Of a stretch of 32,753 bases of DNA, positions 16,766-26,288 are shown piece by piece (positions within the stretch are counted from its first letter, which is position 1; every line of letters begins with the position of its first letter). The translations under genes and the position numbers were made by a program. Under the pieces are notes generated by a model. That model was given only the letters and a program-made list of their open reading frames with translations, searched no databases and was not told the origin of the DNA. Location: NCBI GenBank assembly GCA_044229145.1, contig JBGATO010000043.1, forward strand, positions 1 through 32,753. The letters are read 5' to 3'. This DNA is from Candidatus Eiseniibacteriota bacterium. GTDB taxonomy: Bacteria > Eisenbacteria > RBG-16-71-46 > CAZEPH01.

Positions 16766-18316
16766 CTACGCCGCGGAACGCTTCTCGTGCGCGTCGACGA
16801 TCTTGTTCATCGGTCGGCTGATCAAGAACAGCACCACGCCGGCACTCACACCGATCGCCGTCATCAAGCCGAAGAACTGCTGGTGCGGCAGCTTCTCCCA
16901 GAACGTGCCCAAGTAGCCGGTCATGTAGTTGCCGATGAAGTTGGCGAGGAACCACACGCCCATCATCATCGACACGATGCGCGCCGGCGCCACCTTGGTC
17001 ACGAACGACAACCCGATCGGCGAGAGGTACAACTCGCCCACCGTGTACACGAGCGTCGAGAAGAACAGCCACGCCACGCTGCGCTTGACGTCCACCGGCT
17101 GGCCGGCCGACGCCATGATCATGATGACGAAGCCGAGTCCGAGCAGCGTCGCGCCGATCGACATCTTGGTGAGGCTCGCCGGCTCGCGGCCCTGCGCCGC
17201 CTGCTTGCCCCACAGCCACGTGAGCAGCGGCGTCACGAAGAAGATCATGAACGGGTTGAAGGCCTGGAACCACGTCGAGGGGATCGTGATGCCGAAGAAC
17301 TCCCAGCGTGTGTTCTGGTCCGCCCACAGCTGCAGCGTGTTGCCCTGCTGTTCGTAGACCGCCCAGAACGCGGCGACGATGAGACACGCCACGGCGATCA
17401 CGATGACGCGCGGCCGTTCGTCGCGCGGCAGGCGGGCGATCCATGTGACGATCGCGGTGAGCACCAGCACGCCAAGCACCGCCGGCACGATCTTCGGCAG
17501 CGTCAGCATGAACAACAGCGCGCCGATGCCGAGCGGGATCGCCACCAAGTACAGCGCGACGGCCCCGACTGCCTTGCTGCCGGTCTCGCCGTTCTTGCCG
17601 CCGGCGGACTGCGTCGCGAGGTACTTCTGGCCCCAGATGTAAATCAGCAACCCGAGGCACATGCCGATGCCCGCGGCGCCGAATCCGTAGTGCCAGCCGA
17701 CCTTCTGTCCGAGCGTTCCGCACACCAGCGGCGACAGGAACGCACCCAGGTTGATGCCGACGTAGAAGATCGAGAACGCGCGGTCGCGCCGCTCGTCGCC
17801 CTGCGCGTAGAGCAGACCGACCTGCGTCGAGATGTTCGGCTTGAAGCAGCCGTTACCGAGGATCAGGAACATGAGCGCCGGGAAGAACAAGCTGTGGATC
17901 GCCATCAGGAAGTGACCGATGGCCATCAGCACGCCGCCGACGATCACGGTGCGGCGCTGTCCCAAGATACGGTCGGCGAGTAAGCCGCCGAAGAACGGCG
18001 TGAAGTAGACGAAGCCGGTGTAGAGGCCGTAGATCTGCGACGACAGCGGCTGCACCGCCAGTGGCCCGAACGCACTCTCGAGCGCGCCCTTGATCGCGTT
18101 GAACCCGAGGACTTCCTTGCCGACATCCGGCTGGATGAACAGGAAGTTGACCATGTAGAGCACGAGAAGCGAGCGCATGCCGTAGTACGAGAAGCGCTCC
18201 CACATCTCGGTGAAGAACAGGACGAACAGGCCCACCGGGTGGCCCAAGAACGTCTTCTGCTGCGACACGGGAATCATCCCGGGCGGCGTCTCGGGCATCG
18301 CGGACGCGTTGGCCAT
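16766..18316 (-). CDS. POT/PTR2 family peptide transporter (second paralogue)
   Basis: GHPVGL, EMWERFSYYG, FKPNIS, FYVGINLG and GELYLSP. RBS AGGAG. Confidence 0.95.
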   Translation of the reverse strand: MANASAMPETPPGMIPVSQQKTFLGHPVGLFVLFFTEMWERFSYYGMRSLLVLYMVNFLFIQPDVGKEVLGFNAIKGALESAFGPLAVQPLSSQIYGLYTGFVYFTPFFGGLLADRILGQRRTVIVGGVLMAIGHFLMAIHSLFFPALMFLILGNGCFKPNISTQVGLLYAQGDERRDRAFSIFYVGINLGAFLSPLVCGTLGQKVGWHYGFGAAGIGMCLGLLIYIWGQKYLATQSAGGKNGETGSKAVGAVALYLVAIPLGIGALLFMLTLPKIVPAVLGVLVLTAIVTWIARLPRDERPRVIVIAVACLIVAAFWAVYEQQGNTLQLWADQNTRWEFFGITIPSTWFQAFNPFMIFFVTPLLTWLWGKQAAQGREPASLTKMSIGATLLGLGFVIMIMASAGQPVDVKRSVAWLFFSTLVYTVGELYLSPIGLSFVTKVAPARIVSMMMGVWFLANFIGNYMTGYLGTFWEKLPHQQFFGLMTAIGVSAGVVLFLISRPMNKIVDAHEKRSAA

Positions 18317-18366
18317 CGCGGGTCTCCTACGAATCGTCGGGGTCGAACTTCAGGTGGGACCCGCGA

Positions 18367-18375
18367 ACCCTAGCA
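18367..18375 (-). promoter_or_regulatory. Possible extended -10 promoter for the second POT gene
   Basis: Minus strand TG-C-TAGGGT about 50 bp upstream of ATG 18316. Confidence 0.4.
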
Positions 18376-18410
18376 CGGACGGCGGCGCCTGGCGAGGCGG
18401 AGAAACGGCG

Positions 18411-18443
18411 GCGCCCCGGCGGGCACAGGGCTCGCCGGGGCGC
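18411..18443 (-). terminator. GC-rich hairpin immediately downstream of arsM, possible terminator
   Basis: GCGCCCCGGCGGGC-ACAGG-GCTCGCCGGGGCGC forms a 14 bp stem with one imperfect pair. The U-tract is weak. Confidence 0.5.
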
Positions 18444-18448
18444 GGTGG

Positions 18449-19330
18449 TCAGGTCGCCGCGGTGGTCGCGGCCGGGCGGCGCCCCGCGATGTCGAGACTG
18501 GTGATCACCGCATCCGGCGTCGTGCCGGCGGGCAGCGCGGCGGCGAGCTGCGCGTACAGCCCGTCGTCGGTGGCCGCTAGCGTCCGCATGTACTCCGGCT
18601 TCGGCGTCAGCACGATGTCGGTGAAGCCGGCGTCCTGCATCATGCGGCGCGTCGCCTCGACCTCGACCGCGCCGGCGAAGCAGCCGATCAGCGCGTCCAC
18701 CGAGTCGTGCACGCCGGGCGGCAGCGGCTGCAACTGCGCGAGGTCGGAAATCGCGACGCGGCCACCGGGCTTCAGCACGCGGAAGATTTCGCGCCACACC
18801 TGCGGCTTGTCGGGCGACAGGTTGAGTACGCAGTTCGACAACACGACGTCGACGCTGGCGTCTGCCACCGGCAGGAATTCGATCTCGCCGAGGCGGAACT
18901 CGACGTTGTCGACGCCGCCGCGCGCGCGGTACGTCTCGACGTTGCGGCGCGCCTTCGCGAGCATCTGCGGCGTCATGTCGACGCCGATCACGCGCCCGGT
19001 TGCCCCGACGCGCCGGCCCGCGAGAAACGCGTCGAAGCCGCCGCCGCTGCCGAGATCGAGCACCACTTCGCCCTCGCGCAGCGAGGCGAGCGCGGTCGGA
19101 TTGCCGCACGACAATCCCATGTTGGCGCCTTCGGGCAGTAGCGCGAGTTCGGCCTCGTCGTAGCCGATGCCGGTGGCGAGCGCGTCGTTGTCGCCGCCGC
19201 AGGCGCCGCCGCAGCAGCCGCCGCTCGACGCGGTTTGCAGCACCGGAATCGTCGCGCCCTGCTCGGCGATGCGCGCGTAGCCTTCGCGCACGGTGTCGCG
19301 AATGTCGTCGGGGGTCTTGGTGGTGGACAT
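18449..19330 (-). CDS. arsM: Arsenite S-adenosylmethionine methyltransferase
   Basis: VREGYARIA, CCGGAC, MGLSCGNP, SAM motif VLDLGSGGGFD, SNCVLNL and LIGCFAGA, giving four Cys sites like the ArsM catalytic set. TGATG overlap with pirin. Confidence 0.9.
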   Translation of the reverse strand: MSTTKTPDDIRDTVREGYARIAEQGATIPVLQTASSGGCCGGACGGDNDALATGIGYDEAELALLPEGANMGLSCGNPTALASLREGEVVLDLGSGGGFDAFLAGRRVGATGRVIGVDMTPQMLAKARRNVETYRARGGVDNVEFRLGEIEFLPVADASVDVVLSNCVLNLSPDKPQVWREIFRVLKPGGRVAISDLAQLQPLPPGVHDSVDALIGCFAGAVEVEATRRMMQDAGFTDIVLTPKPEYMRTLAATDDGLYAQLAAALPAGTTPDAVITSLDIAGRRPAATTAAT

Positions 19331-20223
19331 CACACGTCTCCTCTGATTGCGGCGCGGGCGATTTCGCCGAAACGACCGGATTGATAATCGCGGATCGCCG
19401 CGTGGATCTCCTCTTCCGTATTCATCACGAACGGGCCATAGCGCGCCACCGGCTCGCCGAGCGGCGTGCCGGCGAGCAGCAGCGCCCGCGCCGGCTCGGT
19501 GGCGCCGGCGGGCACCGCGAGCGTCACCGCGTCGCCGTCGCCGAGGATCGCCATGTCGCCGTCCGGCACCGCGTCGCCGCTGACGTGCAGCGTCCCGCCG
19601 AACACATAGACGAGCGCCTGAAAGTCGGGACGCAGCGGCTGCGTCACAGTGCCGCCCGGCTCGATGGTCCAATCGAGGAAGGCGATCGGCGTGCGGGTGT
19701 CGATCACGGCACGCGCGCCGAGTGCCTCGCCCGCCACGACTCTAACCGAGACGCGATCGCCGGGGTCGCGGGCCGTCGGGATGCCGGCGGCCGGGACCTC
19801 CTGATAGCGCGGCGCCATCAGTTTGTCGGTCCTCGGCAGGTTGACCCATATCTGAAAGCCGTGCACGCGGCCGCCGTCGCGCTGCACCCGCCGCGACGGC
19901 ATCTCGGAATGGATGACTCCGGCGCCGGCGGTCATCCACTGCACGTCGCCCGGCGTGAGCGCGCCGCGATGGCCGGCGGAATCCTCGTGCTCCATCTCGC
20001 CCGCCAACAAATACGTCACCGTCTCGAAGCCGCGGTGCGGATGGTCGGGCGCGCCCACTGCCTCGCCCGGCGCGTAGTCCACCGGCCCCATCTCGTCGAG
20101 CAACAAGAACGGGTCGACCTGAAGCAGGCGGCCGGAGGGAAACGGCCGGCGGACGATGAAACCGCCGCCCTCGGTTTGGCGATGGGCGGTGACACGGCGG
20201 GAGATCGGGCGAATCTGGCTCAT
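19330..20223 (-). CDS. Pirin family protein
   Basis: DPFLLLDEMGP, HPHRGFETVTY, QWMTAGAGVIHSE, QIWVNLP and YGPFVMNT. RBS GAGGAG. Confidence 0.96.
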   Translation of the reverse strand: MSQIRPISRRVTAHRQTEGGGFIVRRPFPSGRLLQVDPFLLLDEMGPVDYAPGEAVGAPDHPHRGFETVTYLLAGEMEHEDSAGHRGALTPGDVQWMTAGAGVIHSEMPSRRVQRDGGRVHGFQIWVNLPRTDKLMAPRYQEVPAAGIPTARDPGDRVSVRVVAGEALGARAVIDTRTPIAFLDWTIEPGGTVTQPLRPDFQALVYVFGGTLHVSGDAVPDGDMAILGDGDAVTLAVPAGATEPARALLLAGTPLGEPVARYGPFVMNTEEEIHAAIRDYQSGRFGEIARAAIRGDV

Positions 20224-20293
20224 GGCGCTCCTCGAGACGGTGTGCGGGTCGTCCCGATGAGATGCCGTCCCCCCGCGTTTCGGCGCGGACCGC

Positions 20294-21445
20294 TCAGAGC
20301 GCGATGCGCGGAATCGTCGGCGCGCGGTGGCCCTCGTGATGCAAGGGCTGCCCGAGCGGTGCGGTGTGACCGAGTTGGTTGCACATCGGAAACTCGCAGC
20401 ACGTGTGGCAGACGCGCTTGAAGCTCTCGTACGACACCAGCTCGACATCCGGCGCCAAGTAGCCGTCCTGCACCGGCTCTTCGCGGAGCAGCGCGGTACT
20501 CAGGTACTTCTTGTTATCGTCGGCGAACACGGTGACCACCACGGCATCCGGCCCGAGTTCGTTCTGCAATTTGAGCGCGCCCAAGAAATTGGCGCCCGAT
20601 GAGATGCCGACCCCGAGGCCGAGCCGCTTCGCCAACGCCTGCGCCATGAGGATCGCATCGCCATCGTTGACGTCGACCACCGGCGCCAACTCGTGCAGAT
20701 CGACGATCGCCGGGATGAATTCGTCGCTGACGCCTTGGATGCGGTGCTGCCCGACCTTGTGGCCGGTGGCGAGCGTCGGGGACTCGGCCGGTTCGAGCGG
20801 ATGCACGCGGATGTCGGAACGGAACGCACGCAGGGCGCGGCCCACGCCCATCACCGTGCCGCCCGTGCCGACGCCGGCGACGAACGCGTCGGGCTGGAGC
20901 CCGTGGAAGCGCAGCTGCCACCAAATCTCGGGCCCGGTGGTCTGCTCGTGCGCCTCGACGTTGGCGGCGTTCGAAAACTGGCGCGGCAGGAAGACGTGCT
21001 GGTCGTGCCGCGCGAGGTCCTCCGCCATCTGCATGCTGCCGAGGAAGCCGCCCTGCTCGCGTGTCACCGGCACCACGCGCGCGCCCAGGCTCTGAATGAG
21101 GTCGACTCGCTCGCGCGACATCCAATCCGGCATGAAGATCGTCACCGGATGCCCGAGCGCGCGGCCGAGAGCCGCGAAGGCGATGCCGGTATTGCCGCTG
21201 GTGGCCTCGACGATGGTGTCGCCCGGCATGATGTGGCCGTGCTCGTAGGCGGTGCGCAGGATGTGCAGCGCCATGCGGTCCTTGATGCTGCCGGTGAGGT
21301 TCAGGTGCTCCGCCTTGGCGTACAGCACGCGCTCCTCGCCCCGGTAGCGGAAGCGGAGGGCGAGCAAGGGCGTGTTGCCGATGGTGGCGGCCAACCCGCG
21401 GAACATCGCGGGTGCCATGTCGGTGAGAGCGGCCTGCTGGGGCAT
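20294..21445 (-). CDS. PLP-dependent cysteine synthase family protein (CysK-like) with Cys/His-rich C-terminal extension
   Basis: IGNTPL, PLP-lysine GSIKDR, ATSGNTG, GVGTGGT, HRIQG, GISSGAN and KYLST. Confidence 0.9.
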   Translation of the reverse strand: MPQQAALTDMAPAMFRGLAATIGNTPLLALRFRYRGEERVLYAKAEHLNLTGSIKDRMALHILRTAYEHGHIMPGDTIVEATSGNTGIAFAALGRALGHPVTIFMPDWMSRERVDLIQSLGARVVPVTREQGGFLGSMQMAEDLARHDQHVFLPRQFSNAANVEAHEQTTGPEIWWQLRFHGLQPDAFVAGVGTGGTVMGVGRALRAFRSDIRVHPLEPAESPTLATGHKVGQHRIQGVSDEFIPAIVDLHELAPVVDVNDGDAILMAQALAKRLGLGVGISSGANFLGALKLQNELGPDAVVVTVFADDNKKYLSTALLREEPVQDGYLAPDVELVSYESFKRVCHTCCEFPMCNQLGHTAPLGQPLHHEGHRAPTIPRIAL

Positions 21446-21634
21446 CGAGGAACCTCGCGGAGGATGGGTGGTCCGTGACGGGCGACGGCCGACTGGGACG
21501 ACTCCTGGCTGCCCTTGACTGTACGGGAGCGCGCCGTGTTCGCCCCATGCGACGGAGGGCGCGACGCCGGGCCTCCCGAGGGAGTATGCGCACGGCCGGG
21601 CGGCTCCGGCCCGCGGCGCCGCCCGCCGCCCGGG

Positions 21635-21663
21635 TTGACACTCGGGGAACCTCCGCCTACGGT
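21635..21663 (+). promoter_or_regulatory. sigma70 promoter for the OPT transporter
   Basis: Perfect TTGACA (21635-21640), a 17 bp spacer, then TACGGT (21658-21663). Confidence 0.65.
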
Positions 21664-21740
21664 CCCCGCAGCTTCGTGTTGAGCATCCCCCGCTACACCT
21701 CGCGGGCTCGCCGCCCGGCCACGATTCCGAGGACCCCTTC

Positions 21741-24035
21741 ATGAGCGCTTCGCGTCCCGCGGACGGCCATCACGCGCCGTTTGCCTCGTACATCGCACCC
21801 GAAACTCACCTGCGCGAATTCTCCGTGCGCTCGGTGATCGCCGGGACCATCTTGGGCATGATCTTCGGCGCTTCCTCGCTGTACTTGGTGCTCAAGGTCG
21901 GACTCACGGTGAGCGCGTCGATCCCGGTGGCAGTGATCTCGATCACGCTGTTCCGGCTCCTGTCGAAGTTTGGGATCAAGGATGCGACGATCCTCGAGAA
22001 CAACATCGTGCAGACGGCCGGGTCGGCCGGCGAGTCGATCGCCTTCGGGCTCGGCGTGACGATGCCGGCGATCATGATCCTCGGCTTCAATCTCGAGATC
22101 ACGCGCGTCATGCTCGTTGCGACGCTCGGCGGATTGCTCGGCATCCTCATGATGGTGCCGCTGCGCCGCGCGTTGATCGTGCAGCAGCACGGCCTGCTCA
22201 AGTACCCGGAAGGCACCGCGTGCGCCGAGGTCCTCAAGGCGGGCGCGAGCGAGGAGTCGAAGCACGCGGCGTCGCCCGAGGCGAAGGCGGAGGCGGCGGC
22301 CGGCAGCGGCGAGTCGATCAACGCGCGCACGATCTTCACCGGCTTCGGGCTCGGCCTCGTCTACAAGTCGGCGATGAGCGCGTTCCACCTGTGGAAGGAC
22401 ACGCCGGAGAAGATCTTCAAGTCGACGCTGCCGGGCGGCTCGGTGTCGGCGGAGATCTCGCCCGAGTTGCTCGGCGTCGGCTACATCATCGGCCCGACCA
22501 TCGCGTCGATCATGTGCGCCGGCGGCGTGCTCGCCTACCTCGTGCTGATTCCGATGATCAAGTTCTTCGGCTCGGCGATCCAGGGGCCGTTGGCGCCGGG
22601 CGCGATTCCGATCAGTGAGATGAGCCCGGGGCAGATCCGCGGCGCGTACATCTTGTACATCGGTGCTGGCGCGGTGGCGGCGGGCGGCATCATCTCGCTC
22701 GCGCGCTCGATGCCGACCATCTGGCATGGGTTGAAGGAAGGCTTGCGCGACGTCGGCGCCAAGGCCGACGCGGCGACCAAGGTGCTGCGGACCGACATCG
22801 ACATGCCGATGAACGTCGTCTTCGGCGGAATTCTCGCGCTCATCGTCGCGATCACCGTGGCGAAGCCGCTGCACATGAACGTGCTCGGCGCGGTGCTCAT
22901 CGTCGTCATGGGCTTCTTGTTCGTGACCGTGTCGTCGCGGCTCACCGGCGAGGTCGGCTCGTCGTCGAACCCGATCTCCGGCATGACGGTGGCGACGCTT
23001 CTGTTCACCTGTCTCATCTTCCTGGTCGTCGGCTGGACCGGCGGCGCGTACTACGTCACCGCGCTCAGCGTCGGCGGCATCGTGTGCATCGCGGCGTCCA
23101 ACGGCGGTTCGACATCGCAGGACTTGAAGACCGGCTTCCTGGTGGGCGCGACGCCGCGTTACCAGCAGATCGCAATCCTCATCGGTGCGCTGTTCTCGGC
23201 GATCATCCTCGGGCCGATCCTGCTGAAGTTGAACGACGCCGCCACTGTGTACGTGCCGGTCGCGCAGGTCGAAGCCGCCGGCATCCATGTCGACCCGGCG
23301 ACGCTGTCGGCGGACCGCGAATCGCTGCGTGGCGTGCAGGCCAAGGACGACACTAAGAGCTATCACGTCTGGCACAAGTCGACCGATGACGGCGGCCCGG
23401 CCGGCAAGTACCTGGTGGACGACAGCGGCAACGCGGTGTGGCTCGTCGACCCGGGCATCAACGGCACGCACGACACGCGGCCCGACGGCAGCAAGGTGCG
23501 CAAGTTCGACGCGCCCAAGGCGACGCTGATGTCGTACATCATCAAGGGCATCCTCGATCGGCACCTGCCGTGGGGACTCGTGTTGCTCGGGGTGATGATC
23601 GCGGTGGTGCTCGAGCTCTCGGGCATTCCGTCGCTGGCGTTCGCGGTAGGGGTGTATCTGCCGCTGTCGTCGTCGTCGCCGATCTTCGTCGGCGGCGCGG
23701 TACGCTGGCTGGTGGACCGGGCACGCGCACGCGAGCTCAAGAAGGCCGGCAAGCGGCTCACCGCGGAGCAACTCGCGGCGGAAGCCGACAAGAGCCCGGG
23801 CGTGCTGATGGCATCCGGCTACATCGCCGGCGGCGCGATCGCCGGCATCATCATCGCGTTCATGGCCGGCGTGTTCGGGCACGTCGACAACCAGCTCACC
23901 GACTGGGCCACCGCGCACAACCCGTTCTTCGCGGGAGGCAACGAAGACGCGCTGGCGATGATTCCGTTCCTGCTGCTCACCGGCGCGTTGTTCCTGGTGG
24001 GACGCGAGAAGATGCTCGCCGGCAAGAAGGGGTAG
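21741..24035 (+). CDS. OPT family oligopeptide transporter
   Basis: [57 protein letters not shown] and APKATLM. RBS GAGG. Confidence 0.95.
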   Translation: MSASRPADGHHAPFASYIAPETHLREFSVRSVIAGTILGMIFGASSLYLVLKVGLTVSASIPVAVISITLFRLLSKFGIKDATILENNIVQTAGSAGESIAFGLGVTMPAIMILGFNLEITRVMLVATLGGLLGILMMVPLRRALIVQQHGLLKYPEGTACAEVLKAGASEESKHAASPEAKAEAAAGSGESINARTIFTGFGLGLVYKSAMSAFHLWKDTPEKIFKSTLPGGSVSAEISPELLGVGYIIGPTIASIMCAGGVLAYLVLIPMIKFFGSAIQGPLAPGAIPISEMSPGQIRGAYILYIGAGAVAAGGIISLARSMPTIWHGLKEGLRDVGAKADAATKVLRTDIDMPMNVVFGGILALIVAITVAKPLHMNVLGAVLIVVMGFLFVTVSSRLTGEVGSSSNPISGMTVATLLFTCLIFLVVGWTGGAYYVTALSVGGIVCIAASNGGSTSQDLKTGFLVGATPRYQQIAILIGALFSAIILGPILLKLNDAATVYVPVAQVEAAGIHVDPATLSADRESLRGVQAKDDTKSYHVWHKSTDDGGPAGKYLVDDSGNAVWLVDPGINGTHDTRPDGSKVRKFDAPKATLMSYIIKGILDRHLPWGLVLLGVMIAVVLELSGIPSLAFAVGVYLPLSSSSPIFVGGAVRWLVDRARARELKKAGKRLTAEQLAAEADKSPGVLMASGYIAGGAIAGIIIAFMAGVFGHVDNQLTDWATAHNPFFAGGNEDALAMIPFLLLTGALFLVGREKMLAGKKG

Positions 24036-24057
24036 CACACAGGCGCAGACCAATCGC

Positions 24058-24082
24058 GGGGCGCCGCCGGCGGGCGGCGCCC
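24058..24082 (+). terminator. GC hairpin between the OPT gene and the esterase gene
   Basis: GGGGCGCCGCC-GGCG-GGCGGCGCCC followed by only TT. It may be a weak terminator or an mRNA-stabilising stem. Confidence 0.4.
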
Positions 24083-24102
24083 TTCGCATGGAGGGATGTG
24101 TG

Positions 24103-24924
24103 ATGCGAGGTATCGCGGCGGTGTGTGCCGCGCTGGCGTGTGTGGCCTCGGCGGCGGTCGCGGCCGAGCCGCCGACTTTGACCTACGGCACGGTGTCGAC
24201 GCTGCACTCGGCGGCGCTCGGCGAGGACCGGCGGCTCAACGTCTACGTGCCGGCCGGATTCCCCGACTCGACACACTTCGACGTGCTGTATCTGCTCGAC
24301 GGCTCGGCACACGAGGATTACCTGCACGTCACCGGCGTGGTGGACTATTTCGTGACCTACGGCATGTTGCCGCCGACGATGGTGGTCGGCATCTCGAACG
24401 TCGATCGCCGCCGCGACTTCACGCAGCCGACACGCGTGCCGGACGATCGCAAGGCGTATCCAACCAGCGGGCACTCGGATGCGTTCGTGACGTTCCTCGG
24501 CGAGGAGTTACTCCCGTACGTCGACGCGCACTGGAAGACGACGGCGACGCGCACGATCGTCGGCCAGTCGCTCGGCGGCTTGTTGGCGACGCAGGTGTTG
24601 CTCGAGCATCCGGCGTACTTCACGCGCTATCTCATCGTCAGTCCGAGCTTGTGGTGGGACGAGCAGTCGCTGATCAAGGGCGCACCGGCCGCGTTGGCGG
24701 CGCACGCGACGGCGGGCCGCACGGTGTTCGTGTCGGTGTCCGAGGAGCCGGACGACATGAAGTCGACGGCCCGCGCGCTGGATGTCGCACTCAACGGCGC
24801 CCACTGGCCAGGGATGCGCGAGATGTTCCAGTTTTACCCGCGTGAGACGCACGCCACCGACTTGCACATCAGCGTCTACGATGGGTTGAAGTTCTTTGGG
24901 GCCGCGCCTGCCGCAGGCAAGTAA
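24103..24924 (+). CDS. Secreted alpha/beta-hydrolase esterase (IroE/YbbA-like)
   Basis: Signal peptide, VLYLLDG, RRRDFT, nucleophile elbow GQSLGG, SPSLWW and ETH. Confidence 0.9.
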   Translation: MRGIAAVCAALACVASAAVAAEPPTLTYGTVSTLHSAALGEDRRLNVYVPAGFPDSTHFDVLYLLDGSAHEDYLHVTGVVDYFVTYGMLPPTMVVGISNVDRRRDFTQPTRVPDDRKAYPTSGHSDAFVTFLGEELLPYVDAHWKTTATRTIVGQSLGGLLATQVLLEHPAYFTRYLIVSPSLWWDEQSLIKGAPAALAAHATAGRTVFVSVSEEPDDMKSTARALDVALNGAHWPGMREMFQFYPRETHATDLHISVYDGLKFFGAAPAAGK

Positions 24925-25058
24925 CGCGATGCTGCCTGGGGGGAATCCGCACTGCGCCGATGGTCGCCTGCTCGGGCGCCCGCCGGGCGCGCTACGCTGG
25001 AGACGGGTCGCGTCTGATGTCGCGCCCGCAATTCGCGGATTTCGGCAGACTGGTGGGT

Positions 25059-25223
25059 ATGATGCAACTGACGCTGCTTCTCGCCGCCATCCCGGCGTGG
25101 GGATGGGCATTGCCGGTGGCCGCCGTGCTGCTGTGTGTGTGGTGGTTCGCGTCGATCGTGCAACGCGACGCGGCGCGCGACCGGCGCCGGGCGGCACAGT
25201 TGCGGCGCCACCGTCGCCGGTAG
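25059..25223 (+). CDS. Putative 54-aa single-pass membrane protein
   Basis: MMQLTLLLAAIPAWGWALPVAAVLLCVWWFASIV followed by an Arg-rich tail. It fills the gap between co-oriented genes. Confidence 0.5.
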   Translation: MMQLTLLLAAIPAWGWALPVAAVLLCVWWFASIVQRDAARDRRRAAQLRRHRRR

Positions 25224-25248
25224 CGCTTTCGCGCCCGGCGGCGCACTG

Positions 25249-25728
25249 ATGATCATCCGCCGGTTCGTCGACACCGATGCGCCCGCGTTGTGGCGCGTGT
25301 TCTTCTCCGCCGTGCGCGAAATCGCGTGCGCCGACTATTCGCCCGAGCAAGTCGCCGTCTGGGCGCCGGACGAGCGTGATCCGGATGCGTGGGCGACGCG
25401 CATGCAGGGACTCCAACCCTTCGTCGCCTGCGACGATGACGGCGTGCCGTGCGGCTACGCCGACCTGCAAGCCGACGGGTACATCGACCACTTCTTCGTC
25501 GCCGGCTGGGCGGCGCGACGCGGCGTCGGATCGGCGTTGATGCGGAGACTGCACCAGGAGGCGGCGCTCCGCGGCCTCACGTCGATGTATGCTCACGTCA
25601 GCCTCACCGCGCGGCCGTTCTTCGAGACATTCGGGTTCGAGGTCGTCGACGCGCGCGAAGTCGACGTGCGTGGCGTGCGGCTGCGGAATTTCCTGATGCG
25701 AAAATCGAGGGTGGAGCCCACGCCATGA
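25249..25728 (+). CDS. GNAT N-acetyltransferase (YafP-like)
   Basis: DYSPEQVAVWAP, GYIDHFFV, acetyl-CoA motif RRGVGSALM and SLTARPFFE..GF. Confidence 0.92.
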   Translation: MIIRRFVDTDAPALWRVFFSAVREIACADYSPEQVAVWAPDERDPDAWATRMQGLQPFVACDDDGVPCGYADLQADGYIDHFFVAGWAARRGVGSALMRRLHQEAALRGLTSMYAHVSLTARPFFETFGFEVVDAREVDVRGVRLRNFLMRKSRVEPTP

Positions 25729-26240
25729 TCATCAGCGACACGCCGCGGCTTACGCTGCGCGAGTTCACGCCACACGACGCGGCGTTTCTGCTGCAGCTGC
25801 TCAACGACCCCGGCTTCATCGCCAACATCAACGACAAGGGCATCCGCACCGTCGACGCGGCGCGCGAGTACATCGAGGTCACGCTGGCGCCGAGCTACTC
25901 GCTGCACGGGTTCGGCCTGTGGGCGGTCGAGCGCAAGGACACAGGGGCACCGATCGGCATGTGCGGGTTGATCAAGCGCGATTGGCTCGACGACGTGGAC
26001 CTCGGTTACGCGTTGTTGGCCGAGGCCACCGGCTCCGGCTTCGCGCGCGAAGCGGCGCGCGCGACGCTGGAGGTCGCACAGACGCGCCACCACCTGACGC
26101 GGCTCGCCGCCATCGTCAACGCGGAGAACACGCGGTCGATCGCGCTGCTGCGCGATCTCGGATTCGCGGCGCACGGCACCGTGCGCATGCCCCCGGACGA
26201 CACCGAGATCCCGCTCTTCCTGTGGGCGGCGGGCTCGTAG
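25725..26240 (+). CDS. GNAT N-acetyltransferase (RimJ/RimL-like)
   Basis: TPRLTLREF, IGMCGLIKR, DLGYAL, GSGFAREAA and NTRSIALL. ATGA overlap with the upstream GNAT. Confidence 0.92.
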   Translation: MIISDTPRLTLREFTPHDAAFLLQLLNDPGFIANINDKGIRTVDAAREYIEVTLAPSYSLHGFGLWAVERKDTGAPIGMCGLIKRDWLDDVDLGYALLAEATGSGFAREAARATLEVAQTRHHLTRLAAIVNAENTRSIALLRDLGFAAHGTVRMPPDDTEIPLFLWAAGS

Positions 26241-26288
26241 GCCGATAACTCGGACACGCTGGTCGTCCTCGTGCCCGGAGCCGTCCCG

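Noticed and set aside
18317..18365. Inverted repeat CGCGGGTC...GACCCGCG that could sequester the RBS of the second POT gene
   Set aside because: The predicted TSS falls within the 5' arm, and the region does not resemble any riboswitch I recognise.
21495..21590. Apparent peptide repeat [10 protein letters not shown] / [10 protein letters not shown] in the upstream extension of the cysK-like ORF
   Set aside because: Only two short imperfect copies in an intergenic region with no convincing start or RBS. Probably chance or promoter sequence.
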